64,000 nucleotides of DNA from Candidatus Eiseniibacteriota bacterium (GCA_963717935.1 CAVQXP010000001.1:64001-128000); one strand, 5' to 3'; shown: positions 33,137 through 42,744, counted from the stretch's first letter. Notes: generated by a model not told the origin, from the sequence alone. Program-made: numbers and translations.

Positions 33137-35851
33137 CTACGGCCTCGACTCCGCCTGCGCGGACCGGATCTCCGTGAAGGATTCGTCGCCCATCGGGGTC
33201 GAGGCGCTCACGTACCAGGCCGTGCGCCCGCGCGCGTCGAACAGGACGGCGGGGAAGACAGCCACGCCGACCAGCCCGCCCGGTGCCTTCATCAGGGTCA
33301 TCGGGTAGCGCCGCCAGGCGCCTTCCGGCGTGCGCACGTGGAGCCACATCTCGCGCAGGTCGCCCTCGCGCGCTCCGTCGAGCGACGCCGAGAGCACCGT
33401 GGGCCGTTCGAGGGGAATGCGTTCCGGCAGCGTGGCCACGATCCGTGGGGCATCCGCGTTCAGCCCGAGCTCGATCGTGGCGTAGCGCAGGTTGCCGCCG
33501 GGCAGCTCGATGACCTGCACGGGGCCGTCCTCGTTGCGGTGGCGCACGCGGATGCTGTGCGGGCCGCGGGGCAACTCGAGCTTGAGCGGTGTGACCCCGG
33601 CCGCCTGGCCGTCGATCCAGACCTGCGCGCCCGTGAGCGGCTCGGAGCCCGTCTCGTCGGCGAGCGTGGCGCGCACCTCGAGCAACCCCGTCGCGGGCGA
33701 GGCGATGGGCTGCGCCACGAGCTCGACCGTGCGGTTCACGTGGACTTCGACCGTCTGCTCCCAGGGAGCCACGCCCGGCCCCGAGAACTGCAGGCGGTGG
33801 ATGCCCGGCTGGAGCTGCTCCACATCGAGCGGAGCGTAGCCACGCTGCACGCCGTCCACCGCGACCGAGATGGGCACTCCGCCCCCGGGCACGACGACCT
33901 TCAGGGAGCCCCACAATTCGACATCCAGCGCCACGCGCTGGCCGCGCCTGCCGTTCACGGTGTGGCTCGAGCCGCCGACTCCCGAGAACGAGAGGACGAT
34001 CTCGTGGGTGCCGGGCTTGAGCTCCAGCGTCGTCGGGGTGCGTCGCCCCTGGTCGACGCCGTCCACGGCGATCCATGCGCCCGAGGGACGGCTGGCGACG
34101 GTCACGTCGTAGCGGGCCGGACCGAGGCCGATCGCCGTGAACGCCGAGCTGACGTCCCTGACCCCGCGCGAGAAGTCCACCTGGCCCAGGAACCAACCGG
34201 AAGCAAAGAGCACCACGACGACCGCGAGGATGAACCACCGCCGCTGCCAGACAGGACGCCCGTCCGACATCACGGATTCCTCCGGCTCCGGCCACGCGGG
34301 GCGGCGCACGGCCGCGCGCTGGCGGACACCGAGCGGCTCGGGCGCGGTGGCCCCGGCAGCGACGTCCTCCGCCCGCGCTTCGGGCTGTGGCTCGGGCGCC
34401 GACAACGGCTCGCTTGCCACGGCCGGCTCCATGGCAGCGGGCTCGGGCGCCGGCACAGGCTCCATCTGCACGACGGCTTCTGCGACCGCGAACTCGGGCG
34501 TGGGCACAGGCTCGATCTGCGCAACGGCCTCTGCGAGCGCGAACTCGGGCGCCGGCACGGGCACAGGCTCGATCTGCGAGACGGCTTCTACGGCCGCGGG
34601 CTCCCACTCGAGCACAGGCTCGATCTGCACGACGGCCTCTGCGACCACGAACTCGGGCGCCGGCACGGGCGCAGGCTCGATCTGCAAGATGGCTTCTACG
34701 GCCGCGGGCTCCAACTCGAGCACAGGCTCGATCTGCACGACGGCTTCTGAGACCGCGGGCTCCGGCTCGAATGCGGTCAGAGGCCCGAGGTCGAACGGAT
34801 CGACCGACGATTCGCACTCGGCGGTGAGCATCTCCTCGGCGATCGGCTCGCCCACCTCCCTTTCGATCTCCGGCTCGGGCATCGCCTCAACGACCACGGG
34901 TGTCTCGGCCACCACCGGCTCGGGTTCGGGGAGCAACTCCGGCACTCCCGGCACGTCGTGCGCGATGGGCTCGGGCTGCGCGGATTCGGGCAGCGTATCC
35001 TCACGCGCGCGCAGACCCGTGAGCCGGTCCATCCAACTGCGGAAGTGCCAGCCGCTGCGTCGCCGGCCGGGTCGCGACTCGGGGTCGTTGCCACCGGACA
35101 CCGCTGGCTCGACGGGGGTCCCGGCGACCTCGCCGTCAGCGTTCGCGGCCGGCTGGGCCGGCTCTGGCTCGGCGATGGCTTCGGGCTCGGTGATGGCTTC
35201 GGGCTCGGTGATGGCTTCGGGCTCGGCGATGGCTTCGGGCTCGGCGATGGCTTCGGGCTCGGTGATGCCTTCAGGGGCTTCGGTCGGAAGGCCGGGCCAC
35301 CGCACTTCGATCTCGCCCTCAGCCGGCGCTGTCCCCCCGGAGCTCGCGGGCCAGATCACCAGCGCTTCCAGCTGCAGCCGCGCGTCCGTGACGAATGCCC
35401 GGGCCTGCCGCCCTTCCTGGTCACGGACCAGGACCCACTCGGGCTCGAAAGGACGCCCGTCCAGCACGATCTCGACCCGTCCGGAGCCCGTCCAGCCGAA
35501 GGCGACGCTGGCCCCCGTCGTCAGGCAGGCGACCGCACAGGGGTGCCGCTCTCCACCGCCCCCCCAGAGCTCCGCCTCGTAGAAGAGGAGCCCGGTGAGC
35601 GCCTGATGCAATGCGCGCGGGATGGGAATGGAAGACGCCGGGTCCCGCAGGACCGGGGAGTCGCTGCCGGTCGTCCTGGCCACGCCGATGAGCTCGGTCA
35701 GCCAGATCTCGACTTCGGAGGGGGTGAACCCCGACGCGGCGCCCAGGAAACCCAGCTCGAGCCCCGGTCCCCCGGCCCGGACGGCCAGAGCATCGCCACT
35801 CGAGCGGATCGAAACAGTCCACTGAGCGGTGGAGGTCACGACCTGTTCCAT
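33137..35851 (-). CDS. bitopic PEGA-domain protein with long acidic E/P/A repeat linker
   Basis: TM WFILAVVVVLFASGWFLG; three PEGA-like units (S.P.GA...DG..G.TP); acidic repeats. Confidence 0.85.
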   Translation of the reverse strand: MEQVVTSTAQWTVSIRSSGDALAVRAGGPGLELGFLGAASGFTPSEVEIWLTELIGVARTTGSDSPVLRDPASSIPIPRALHQALTGLLFYEAELWGGGGERHPCAVACLTTGASVAFGWTGSGRVEIVLDGRPFEPEWVLVRDQEGRQARAFVTDARLQLEALVIWPASSGGTAPAEGEIEVRWPGLPTEAPEGITEPEAIAEPEAIAEPEAITEPEAITEPEAIAEPEPAQPAANADGEVAGTPVEPAVSGGNDPESRPGRRRSGWHFRSWMDRLTGLRAREDTLPESAQPEPIAHDVPGVPELLPEPEPVVAETPVVVEAMPEPEIEREVGEPIAEEMLTAECESSVDPFDLGPLTAFEPEPAVSEAVVQIEPVLELEPAAVEAILQIEPAPVPAPEFVVAEAVVQIEPVLEWEPAAVEAVSQIEPVPVPAPEFALAEAVAQIEPVPTPEFAVAEAVVQMEPVPAPEPAAMEPAVASEPLSAPEPQPEARAEDVAAGATAPEPLGVRQRAAVRRPAWPEPEESVMSDGRPVWQRRWFILAVVVVLFASGWFLGQVDFSRGVRDVSSAFTAIGLGPARYDVTVASRPSGAWIAVDGVDQGRRTPTTLELKPGTHEIVLSFSGVGGSSHTVNGRRGQRVALDVELWGSLKVVVPGGGVPISVAVDGVQRGYAPLDVEQLQPGIHRLQFSGPGVAPWEQTVEVHVNRTVELVAQPIASPATGLLEVRATLADETGSEPLTGAQVWIDGQAAGVTPLKLELPRGPHSIRVRHRNEDGPVQVIELPGGNLRYATIELGLNADAPRIVATLPERIPLERPTVLSASLDGAREGDLREMWLHVRTPEGAWRRYPMTLMKAPGGLVGVAVFPAVLFDARGRTAWYVSASTPMGDESFTEIRSAQAESRP
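34455..34752. repeat. 6 in-frame repeats alternating 51/57 bp (17/19 aa; QIEP..EA core)
   Basis: caggctcgatctgc...cggc(t/c)tct core recurring about every 51-57 bp. Confidence 0.85.
35166..35273. repeat. 6 x 18-bp in-frame tandem repeat (EPEAI[A/T])
   Basis: ggctcgg(c/t)gatggcttcg units, last degenerate. Confidence 0.92.
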
Positions 35852-35905
35852 GGGCCTTCCTTCCCTGAAGACTCGCAGGCTGCCGCTAACGGCATTCGAC
35901 GGTGC

Positions 35906-35935
35906 AACGTACTCCGGGCAGGACGCAAGTGTCAA
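35906..35935 (-). promoter_or_regulatory. sigma70-like promoter of PEGA gene
   Basis: TTGACA-N18-TACGTT. Confidence 0.6.
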
Positions 35936-36043
35936 CGCGCAATGGACTTGTGGCCCGAGACTTGCTCAATCAGCCGTGGCCTGACAGGACTGCGGAACTC
36001 CGTGGTTCAGTCCAGCGTTAAGTGGCGGAGCACACGGACCGAT

Positions 36044-36072
36044 TTGCATCTAGTGTGCCGCCCGCCTACCTT
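36044..36072 (+). promoter_or_regulatory. sigma70-like promoter of mltD
   Basis: TTGCAT-N17-TACCTT, 7 nt before ATG 36080. Confidence 0.55.
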
Positions 36073-36079
36073 GCTCCGA

Positions 36080-38002
36080 ATGAGTGTTCTCAGGACGAGT
36101 CCTGCCGACGGGAGTGACCTGACCGTGTCGGTTCGCGCCTCCATCCTTAACATCTTGGCCCTGGCTCTCCTGCTGGGGCTGCCGGCCTCCGCGTCCGGGG
36201 TCGAGGGCGTCGGCCCGGCGCTGGCCTTCCCCGCCACCGATTCCCACCACGACCCGGCGACCGGCCTGCGTTCCGCTTACGAGACGGCCCTGCAGCAGCG
36301 CCAGACGGGCGACCCGGCCGCCGCGCTGCGCACCATCGAGTCGGCCCTTTCGGCGCTCCAGGCCGCCAGCGCGGCCGATCCCGGGACCGCCGCGCGAGCC
36401 GATCTCGTGGACCTCCAGGCCAGGCTCTCGGCCCTGTACGACGCCACCCGGCAGGACCTGCCGAACGTCCGGGCCGAGCCCGGGAACGAGGCCGATGAGA
36501 GCGTCCTCAATGCCGCGGCCATCGACGCGCTCGGCACCATCGAGCCCCAGGACCACGAGCTGGTGACCCGCTGGGTGGACTTCTTCATGGGCGCAGGGCG
36601 CTCGACCTTCGAGCGCTGGCTCAAGCGCTCGGGCCGCTACATGGACCTGTTCCGCTCGGTGCTGCAGCGCGAAGGCCTGCCGCCCGACCTCGTGAACCTC
36701 GTGTTCGTGGAGAGCGGTTTCAACCTGAACGCGCGCTCGGTCTCGGCGGCGGTCGGGCCCTGGCAGTTCCTGAGGAGCACCGGCAGGTTCTTCGGCCTGA
36801 CCGTGGATCAGTGGGTGGACGAGCGCAAGGATCCGGAGAAGGCCACGGTCGCCGCGGCCCGCTACCTGAAGCACCTCTACGGGATCTTCGGCGACTGGCC
36901 GCTCGCCCTGGCCTCCTACAACGCCGGCGAGGGCACCGTGCTGCGCGCCATCAAGGCGCAAGGCACCACGAACTACTGGGATCTCAAGCTCCCGCGCCAG
37001 ACCGAGGACTACGTGCCGCAGTTCATGGCCGCCCTCACGATCGCGCGCGACCCGGCTCGCTACGGCTTCGACTCGGTCGAGTTGGACGACCCCATGGCCT
37101 TCGACGAGGTCGCGCTCAAGGGCCCGGTGGATCTGCGCGCGGTGGCCCGCCTGGTCGACTGCTCCTACGACGAGCTCAAGGCGCTCAACCCGGCCGTGCT
37201 GCACACGGCGGCCCGGGGTTCCGGCGGCATCGTCACGCTGCGGGTGCCGCCCGGCAAGGGCGAGGCGCTCATGCAGCGCTTGCAGAGCGGCGAGCGGTTG
37301 CCGACGCTGAACCTCACCCTCAAGCACAAGGTGCGCAAGGGCGAGACCCTGCAAGCCATCGCGCGGCAGTACTCGGCGAACGCGCAGGACCTGGCCCGCG
37401 TCAACGGCATCGGCAAGAAGCGTCCCCTGCGACGCGGCATGCTGCTCACCGTGCCAGCCTCGATGCGCGCGCCGAAACCCGCGGCCATCGACTCGGCGAC
37501 CGACCCGCGCGCCTCGACCGCCTACGTGCCGCCGCGCAGTCATGGTCTCCCCGCCACCCTCGAGGGACACTCGACCACCGCCGGCCGCACGGCCGTCATC
37601 GTGCAGAAGGGCGAGACGCTGGCCTCGATCGCCGCGCGCCATGGCGTGAGCACACAGGACCTGATGCGCTGGAACCGGCTCAAGAGCACGCGGGTGACAC
37701 GCGGGATGCGGCTCAAGGTCCGCACGCCGGAGGCGATCGTGGCCGACAGCGCGCGCAACGACTCGATCCAGATCGCGGAACTCAAGGCGCCGAAGCCCCG
37801 CACCTCGAAGTCACGCGCCGCCGCCTCCAGCCCGCGCCGCGGCTCGCCCGCTCCGGCCGGGGTGGGCCACACCGTCCGCAGCGGCGAAACGCTCTCGGGC
37901 ATCGCGCGCCAGCACGGGATCTCGGTGGCCGCACTCAGGAAGGCGAACGGACTCACCACGTCCAGGATCCGCGCGGGCCAGAGGCTGAGACTCCCCGCCT
38001 AG
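36080..38002 (+). CDS. mltD: MltD-type lytic transglycosylase with three LysM domains (alternative start GTG 36125)
   Basis: VESGF...A.S...AVGPWQF, DER.DP, ASYNAGEG, ETxDYVP motifs; three V..GETL..IA LysM motifs. Confidence 0.9.
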   Translation: MSVLRTSPADGSDLTVSVRASILNILALALLLGLPASASGVEGVGPALAFPATDSHHDPATGLRSAYETALQQRQTGDPAAALRTIESALSALQAASAADPGTAARADLVDLQARLSALYDATRQDLPNVRAEPGNEADESVLNAAAIDALGTIEPQDHELVTRWVDFFMGAGRSTFERWLKRSGRYMDLFRSVLQREGLPPDLVNLVFVESGFNLNARSVSAAVGPWQFLRSTGRFFGLTVDQWVDERKDPEKATVAAARYLKHLYGIFGDWPLALASYNAGEGTVLRAIKAQGTTNYWDLKLPRQTEDYVPQFMAALTIARDPARYGFDSVELDDPMAFDEVALKGPVDLRAVARLVDCSYDELKALNPAVLHTAARGSGGIVTLRVPPGKGEALMQRLQSGERLPTLNLTLKHKVRKGETLQAIARQYSANAQDLARVNGIGKKRPLRRGMLLTVPASMRAPKPAAIDSATDPRASTAYVPPRSHGLPATLEGHSTTAGRTAVIVQKGETLASIAARHGVSTQDLMRWNRLKSTRVTRGMRLKVRTPEAIVADSARNDSIQIAELKAPKPRTSKSRAAASSPRRGSPAPAGVGHTVRSGETLSGIARQHGISVAALRKANGLTTSRIRAGQRLRLPA

Positions 38003-38018
38003 CCCTGACCCTTCACGA

Positions 38019-38083
38019 GCGGCGGGGCAGCGCGAACGCCGGACGGAGCCATTGCCCGTCCGGCGTTCGCGCTGCCCCGCCGC
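38019..38083. terminator. perfect 28-bp inverted repeat between convergent mltD and glgC
   Basis: GCGGCGGGGCAGCGCGAACGCCGGACGG, 9-nt loop, then its exact reverse complement. Confidence 0.75.
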
Positions 38084-38084
38084 C

Positions 38085-39356
38085 TCAGTGCATCGACTGC
38101 GGTCCGTCCACCACCCCACCAGCCGGCACGCCACCGTCGAAGTCCCGCTCGGTGACGAAGGCGCCGATCCTGGCGTTGCGTCCAACGTGGACGTCCTTCG
38201 GGATCCTCGCCCCCTTGCCCACCACCAGCAATCCGCTCGAGAGGTGGCCCGGGCAGGCGCGGTTGGGCGTGCCCGAGTCCCCGTAGCCCAGGAGCGCGCC
38301 GTCCCCCACGCGCACATCCTTGTCGAGGATGGCGTGGTCCAGCACCGCGTCGCGCCCCACCACCACGTCGTGCATCACGATGCTGTCGCGCACCACCGCA
38401 CCCGGCTCCACCGTCACGCCGGGGAACAGCATCGAATGCTCGACCCTCCCCGCGATCCGGCAGCCGTTGGCGACGAAGCTCCGCACCGCCATGCCACCCC
38501 GCTCGAAGCACACCGGTGGCCGGTCGGCGCTCTGTGTGTGGATCACCCAGTCGGGCTCGGCAAGGTCGAGCGGCGGGCACGGGCCCAGGAAGTCCAGGTT
38601 GCTCTGGTAGTACGAGTCGAGCGTGCCCACGTCCTGCCAGTAGTCGTCGAACCGGTGCGTGTGGACGTGCTCGCCGCGCGCCACGAGCCGCGGCAGGATG
38701 TCCTTGCCGAAATCGTGCCCCGAGCCCGGCGTCCCGGCGTCCTCCGCGAGCCAGCGCACCAGCGAATCGCGGTCGAACAGGTAGACGCCCATCGACGCGA
38801 GGCGCGAGTCCGCCCGTTCGGGCTTCTCCTGGAAACCGGTCACGCGCGCGGCGGCGTCGGTCTCGAGGATGCCGAAGGAGTTGACCGATTCGGCCGGCAC
38901 CTCGGTCACCGCCACCGTCACCGGCGCGCGGCTCGCCTTGTGGGAAGCGTAGAGCAGGTTGTAGTCCATCTTGTAGACGTGGTCACCGGAGAGCACGAGC
39001 ACCTGCTCGATGCGGCGCCGCTGGAGGTGGATCAGGTTCTGGTAGATGGCGTCGGCCGTGCCCTGGTACCAGTCGCTCTGGACCGAGCCCAGCGAGGGTT
39101 GCAGCAACTGCACGCCGCCGCGGTTGCGGTCCAGGTCCCAGGGCCGTCCGGTGCCGATGTGCTGGTTGAGCGACAGGGGCCGGTACTGCGTGAGCACCCC
39201 GATGTCGAAGATGCCCGAGTTCACGCAATTCGAGAGCGTGAAGTCGATGATCCGGTACTTGCCCCCGAAGGGCACCGCAGGCTTGGCGCGCCGCTCCGAG
39301 AGCAGGCACAGCCGGCTCCCCAGCCCCCCCGCCAAGATGAACGCGTAGCGCGACAT
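38085..39356 (-). CDS. glgC: glucose-1-phosphate adenylyltransferase
   Basis: [56 protein letters not shown] motifs. Confidence 0.94.
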   Translation of the reverse strand: MSRYAFILAGGLGSRLCLLSERRAKPAVPFGGKYRIIDFTLSNCVNSGIFDIGVLTQYRPLSLNQHIGTGRPWDLDRNRGGVQLLQPSLGSVQSDWYQGTADAIYQNLIHLQRRRIEQVLVLSGDHVYKMDYNLLYASHKASRAPVTVAVTEVPAESVNSFGILETDAAARVTGFQEKPERADSRLASMGVYLFDRDSLVRWLAEDAGTPGSGHDFGKDILPRLVARGEHVHTHRFDDYWQDVGTLDSYYQSNLDFLGPCPPLDLAEPDWVIHTQSADRPPVCFERGGMAVRSFVANGCRIAGRVEHSMLFPGVTVEPGAVVRDSIVMHDVVVGRDAVLDHAILDKDVRVGDGALLGYGDSGTPNRACPGHLSSGLLVVGKGARIPKDVHVGRNARIGAFVTERDFDGGVPAGGVVDGPQSMH

Positions 39357-39357
39357 C

Positions 39358-40614
39358 TCAGACCATGCCCTCGTACCACGCGCGGCTCGGCAGCGTGCTG
39401 CCGGCGGCGATCTCGCGGGGCAGCCCCTCGAAGCCGGCGTGGATCCCGACCACCACGCCCCGGCCCACGCGGGCGCCCTCGGGGATCTCCGCGTCCTTCC
39501 CGACCAGCGTGAGTCCGTCGAGCCACGCGTGCGCCGGATCGCGCGGCGGCTCGCCCCAGCCCACCACGGCGCCGGCGCCCACGGTCGCGTGCTTGTCGAG
39601 GATGGCGCGGTCCACCTTCGCCCCCGGCCCGATGCGCGTGTCCGGGTACACGATGGAGTCCGTGACCTCCGCCCCGCGCTCCACCACCGCGCCGGGGAAG
39701 AGCACCGAACGTCGCACGCGGCCGGACACCCGGCAGCCGTTGGCCACCAGGCTCTCTTCCACGTCGGCGTCCTCGCCGAGGCGCACGGGCGGGCGTTCCT
39801 CGTCGCGCGTGAGCACCGGCCAGCGCGCGTTGAGCAGCTCGAGCCGAGGCGCCGGCGCGACCAGCTCCAGGTTGGCACGGTAGTACGACGCCACCGTGCC
39901 TACGTCCTCCCAGTAGCCGGTGAACTCGTGAGCGTGGACCACCTCGCCCGCCTCCAGCAGCGGCTCGATCACGCCCGCCACCAGGTCCGCCGGCCGGTCC
40001 CGGAGCAACTCGCCCAGGGCCGCGGTCTCGAACAGATAGACCCCCATCGAGGCGTGCGTGGCCTCGCTACGCCGCGGCTTCTCTTCGAGCCGCGTGACGC
40101 GCCCCTCGCGGTCGAACTGCACCATGCCGAAGCGGCGTGACTCCTGCGGCAGCACGCGCGTGACCGCCAGCGTCACGGTCGCGCCGCGCCGCTCGTGCAC
40201 CATGAGCATGCGCCGGTAGTCCATCCGATAGATCTGGTCGCCCGAGAGCACCAGCACGCGCGCGGCACCCAGCGCCTCGATGCGGTCCCAGTTGCGGGCG
40301 ATGGCGTGGGCCGTGCCCTGGTACCACTCGGCGTCGCTGCGCGTCACGTAGGGCTGCAGCACCTCGACGCCGCCGTCCCGGTGGTCGAAGCCCCAGGGCC
40401 GGCCGACACCGATGTGGTCGTGGAGCGAGGCCGGAGCGTGCTGCGTGAGCACGCCGATCCGGGTGATCTCCGAGTGGGAGCAGTTGCTGAGGACGAAATC
40501 GATGACCCGGTACTTCCCGCCGAAGGGCACGGCACTGACCGCCCGCTCGGCGGTAAGGACGCTCAGCGCCTCACCGCCGCCCCCCGCCAGCACCAATCCC
40601 ACCATGCGCCGCAC
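39358..40614 (-). CDS. second ADP-glucose pyrophosphorylase subunit, GlgD-like (degenerate motifs)
   Basis: same fold, but GGGGEAL replaces GxGxRL and RAVSAV replaces RAKPAV. Confidence 0.85.
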   Translation of the reverse strand: MRRMVGLVLAGGGGEALSVLTAERAVSAVPFGGKYRVIDFVLSNCSHSEITRIGVLTQHAPASLHDHIGVGRPWGFDHRDGGVEVLQPYVTRSDAEWYQGTAHAIARNWDRIEALGAARVLVLSGDQIYRMDYRRMLMVHERRGATVTLAVTRVLPQESRRFGMVQFDREGRVTRLEEKPRRSEATHASMGVYLFETAALGELLRDRPADLVAGVIEPLLEAGEVVHAHEFTGYWEDVGTVASYYRANLELVAPAPRLELLNARWPVLTRDEERPPVRLGEDADVEESLVANGCRVSGRVRRSVLFPGAVVERGAEVTDSIVYPDTRIGPGAKVDRAILDKHATVGAGAVVGWGEPPRDPAHAWLDGLTLVGKDAEIPEGARVGRGVVVGIHAGFEGLPREIAAGSTLPSRAWYEGMV

Positions 40615-40656
40615 ACCGCTCTCCCGGGTTCGAGGGTGGAAGGAGGTTTCACGGCT

Positions 40657-40686
40657 AGACTAGGAACCCGCCGGGGGGCAAGTCAA
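40657..40686 (-). promoter_or_regulatory. sigma70-like promoter of glg pair
   Basis: TTGACT-N18-TAGTCT. Confidence 0.55.
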
Positions 40687-40738
40687 GCCGAGCCGGGACG
40701 GACGGGCGCCGATCGGGAGGCCGGGGAGGTCCCCCGCT

Positions 40739-41851
40739 CTACCAGGAGAACGACGCAGAGACCAGGTGCGTGAGATCCAGGTTCGTGTCGTCGGGGAACT
40801 GCTTGTCGTTCGCAGCGAAGAAGCGGTGCAACTGCGCGGCGTAGTCCACCCCCACCTGCTTGTAGCGCAGGCCGGCACCGAAAGCGAGGTCCTTGGCGTT
40901 CACGCCGGTGCGCAGGGCGAGCACGCTGTGGTACCAGTACTCGAGCCCCGTGCGCACGTCCCAGGTCTGCCCGCCCAGACTCAACTCCGCGTCGTAGGTG
41001 CGACGCTCGAAACCCCAGGCCAGGTCCACCGCCCAGGTGAGCGCGTGCCGGCTGGCGGGGTGGAACGTGAACGCAGCGCCCGTGTCGAGCGTCGGGGAGA
41101 TGAGTTCGCGCGTGCCGTTGCTCCAGGCGAGGTACGTGGTCGTCAGGTCGTGCATCACCGCACCCAGCGTCACCGCGTCGGACGGCATGTACATCACGCC
41201 GGCGTCGAGCCCCGCGCCGAACGACGTGACGTGCTCACCGGGCAGCGTGTCGGGGATGCTCTGGCGCACGAACTTGAGGCTCCCGCCGAAGGACCAGCGC
41301 TCGCCGCGCTGCCTTGCGTAGGAGAGCATGACCGCCAGGTCGCTGCTGCTGGCCATGTAGAGGTCTTCCGGCTTGAGCAGCAGCTTCTCGCCGCGTTCCC
41401 AGATGCCGTCGGCCTGTCCCGGATCGGGCGTGGTCGGATCGTTGTCGGGCCCGTAGTCGAGGAAGTCGATGCCCGGCCGCAACGCGCCGGGACGCGGCGT
41501 GATGGGGATGTCGTCCACCGCGAAGCGCACGATGCCCACGCCGAGGGCGGCGTTGCGCCCCTTCGGACCACCGAGCGGCCAGACCCCGCCCAGGTAGTCG
41601 TGATTGGCGAGGTTGCCGAACTTCTCCTGGTGCTGCGGGATCACTTCGCGATAGGGCAGGTAGACCAGCCCCGCGGGGTTCCAGTACGGCGCAGTCGCGT
41701 CGTCCGCCACGGCCGTGAACGCGCCACCCATGCCGAGTGCGCGGGCGCCGACCTGGATCTTGAGGAACTCGCCGGCGTATTTCGTGGCGCCGGCGGGCGC
41801 GGCCAGGACGAGGCTGCCGAGGAACACGGCAAGGACAGCGTGGATGCGCAT
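40739..41851 (-). CDS. PorV/PorQ-family outer-membrane beta-barrel
   Basis: signal peptide, FLKIQVGARALGMGGAF.AVADDATA.YWNPAGL, C-terminal aromatic residue. Confidence 0.85.
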   Translation of the reverse strand: MRIHAVLAVFLGSLVLAAPAGATKYAGEFLKIQVGARALGMGGAFTAVADDATAPYWNPAGLVYLPYREVIPQHQEKFGNLANHDYLGGVWPLGGPKGRNAALGVGIVRFAVDDIPITPRPGALRPGIDFLDYGPDNDPTTPDPGQADGIWERGEKLLLKPEDLYMASSSDLAVMLSYARQRGERWSFGGSLKFVRQSIPDTLPGEHVTSFGAGLDAGVMYMPSDAVTLGAVMHDLTTTYLAWSNGTRELISPTLDTGAAFTFHPASRHALTWAVDLAWGFERRTYDAELSLGGQTWDVRTGLEYWYHSVLALRTGVNAKDLAFGAGLRYKQVGVDYAAQLHRFFAANDKQFPDDTNLDLTHLVSASFSW

Positions 41852-41912
41852 CGAACGGACCTCTGGGATGGATGGAACCGAACCGCGCCTGCGAGCCTAC
41901 GGGCGCGTTCGT

Positions 41913-42356
41913 TCAGATGTCAACCACCCGGGGGATGGAGCGCCACTGGGGCAGGCTCGCGGTTCCCAGCCCGCGCGCGATGCGCCAGCCATGGTGCAGC
42001 CGCACCAGCTCGTGACCGGTCTGGAAGCACTGTTCCTCGGTCGCGCCAAGCGGACGGAACCGGACTTCGTAGCTCACGTACAGCCGCCCGGCCGTGACCG
42101 GCAGCGAACGGAAATCCACGAGCCGGACCACGCGGGTGGGCGGCATGAACCACAGCATCCCCGGGAACGGCTGCCCCTCGGTGCCCTCGAGCACGCATTC
42201 ACCTGCGGTCACCGCATCTCCGTCGCGCAACGCCGACCAATAGGTGGCCAGCGTCGCACTCGGCGTGCTGAACCGTGCGTCCACCAGACAGCGTTCGCCC
42301 TGGCCGAGCAGCGTGAAGGCCGCGAGCCCGACCAGGGCGAGGTAGCGAGCACGCAT
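41913..42356 (-). CDS. secreted hypothetical protein (NTF2-like pattern)
   Basis: signal-like N-terminus; TP.ATL..YW.AL..GD..TA and LVR...GWRI patterns. Confidence 0.65.
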   Translation of the reverse strand: MRARYLALVGLAAFTLLGQGERCLVDARFSTPSATLATYWSALRDGDAVTAGECVLEGTEGQPFPGMLWFMPPTRVVRLVDFRSLPVTAGRLYVSYEVRFRPLGATEEQCFQTGHELVRLHHGWRIARGLGTASLPQWRSIPRVVDI

Positions 42357-42429
42357 GCGTCTGCGTGGAACAGAAGTTCCCCCGTCCCCCCATGAACGGT
42401 CGGTAGGACGTACCCCGGGATGGGTGACC

Positions 42430-42635
42430 GCTGTTCCAGAATGTTCAGCCTCCTCCTCCACACCCGGGAGCACGGAGGCGGGAAGGCGGGGTGGCACGCG
42501 GTCGAGTTGCACGAAAGGCTCCTCCGGCCCTGGCGGGCCCGGGGTGGGGCAGGCGCTCCGTGCCAGAGTGCGCGGGCCGTCTTGGGCCGTGCTCTTCTAC
42601 AAGGAGGAGGAGCGCACGAAGCGTTCCCGGCAGGG
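42430..42635. ncRNA. candidate rod-shaped structured ncRNA (6S RNA-like); G-U pairs favour + strand
   Basis: nested helices 42450-59/42603-12, 42468-75/42587-94, 42476-81/42577-82, 42492-98/42559-65 and an apical hairpin 42522-44; purine-rich bubble. Confidence 0.45.
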
Positions 42636-42744
42636 AGCCAGGAGGAGGGTTCCGACGTGGCCCCTTGCGCGGGAGCGCACGCCAGGGCAAGCCCTTGGAC
42701 GGACTTGAGTTCAGCCGGCCCGGGAGCGCCGCCCGGACCCGGGA

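Noticed and set aside
34455..34752. Regularly spaced repeats as a CRISPR array
   Set aside because: The 'spacers' resemble each other, periods are multiples of 3, and they encode an acidic linker
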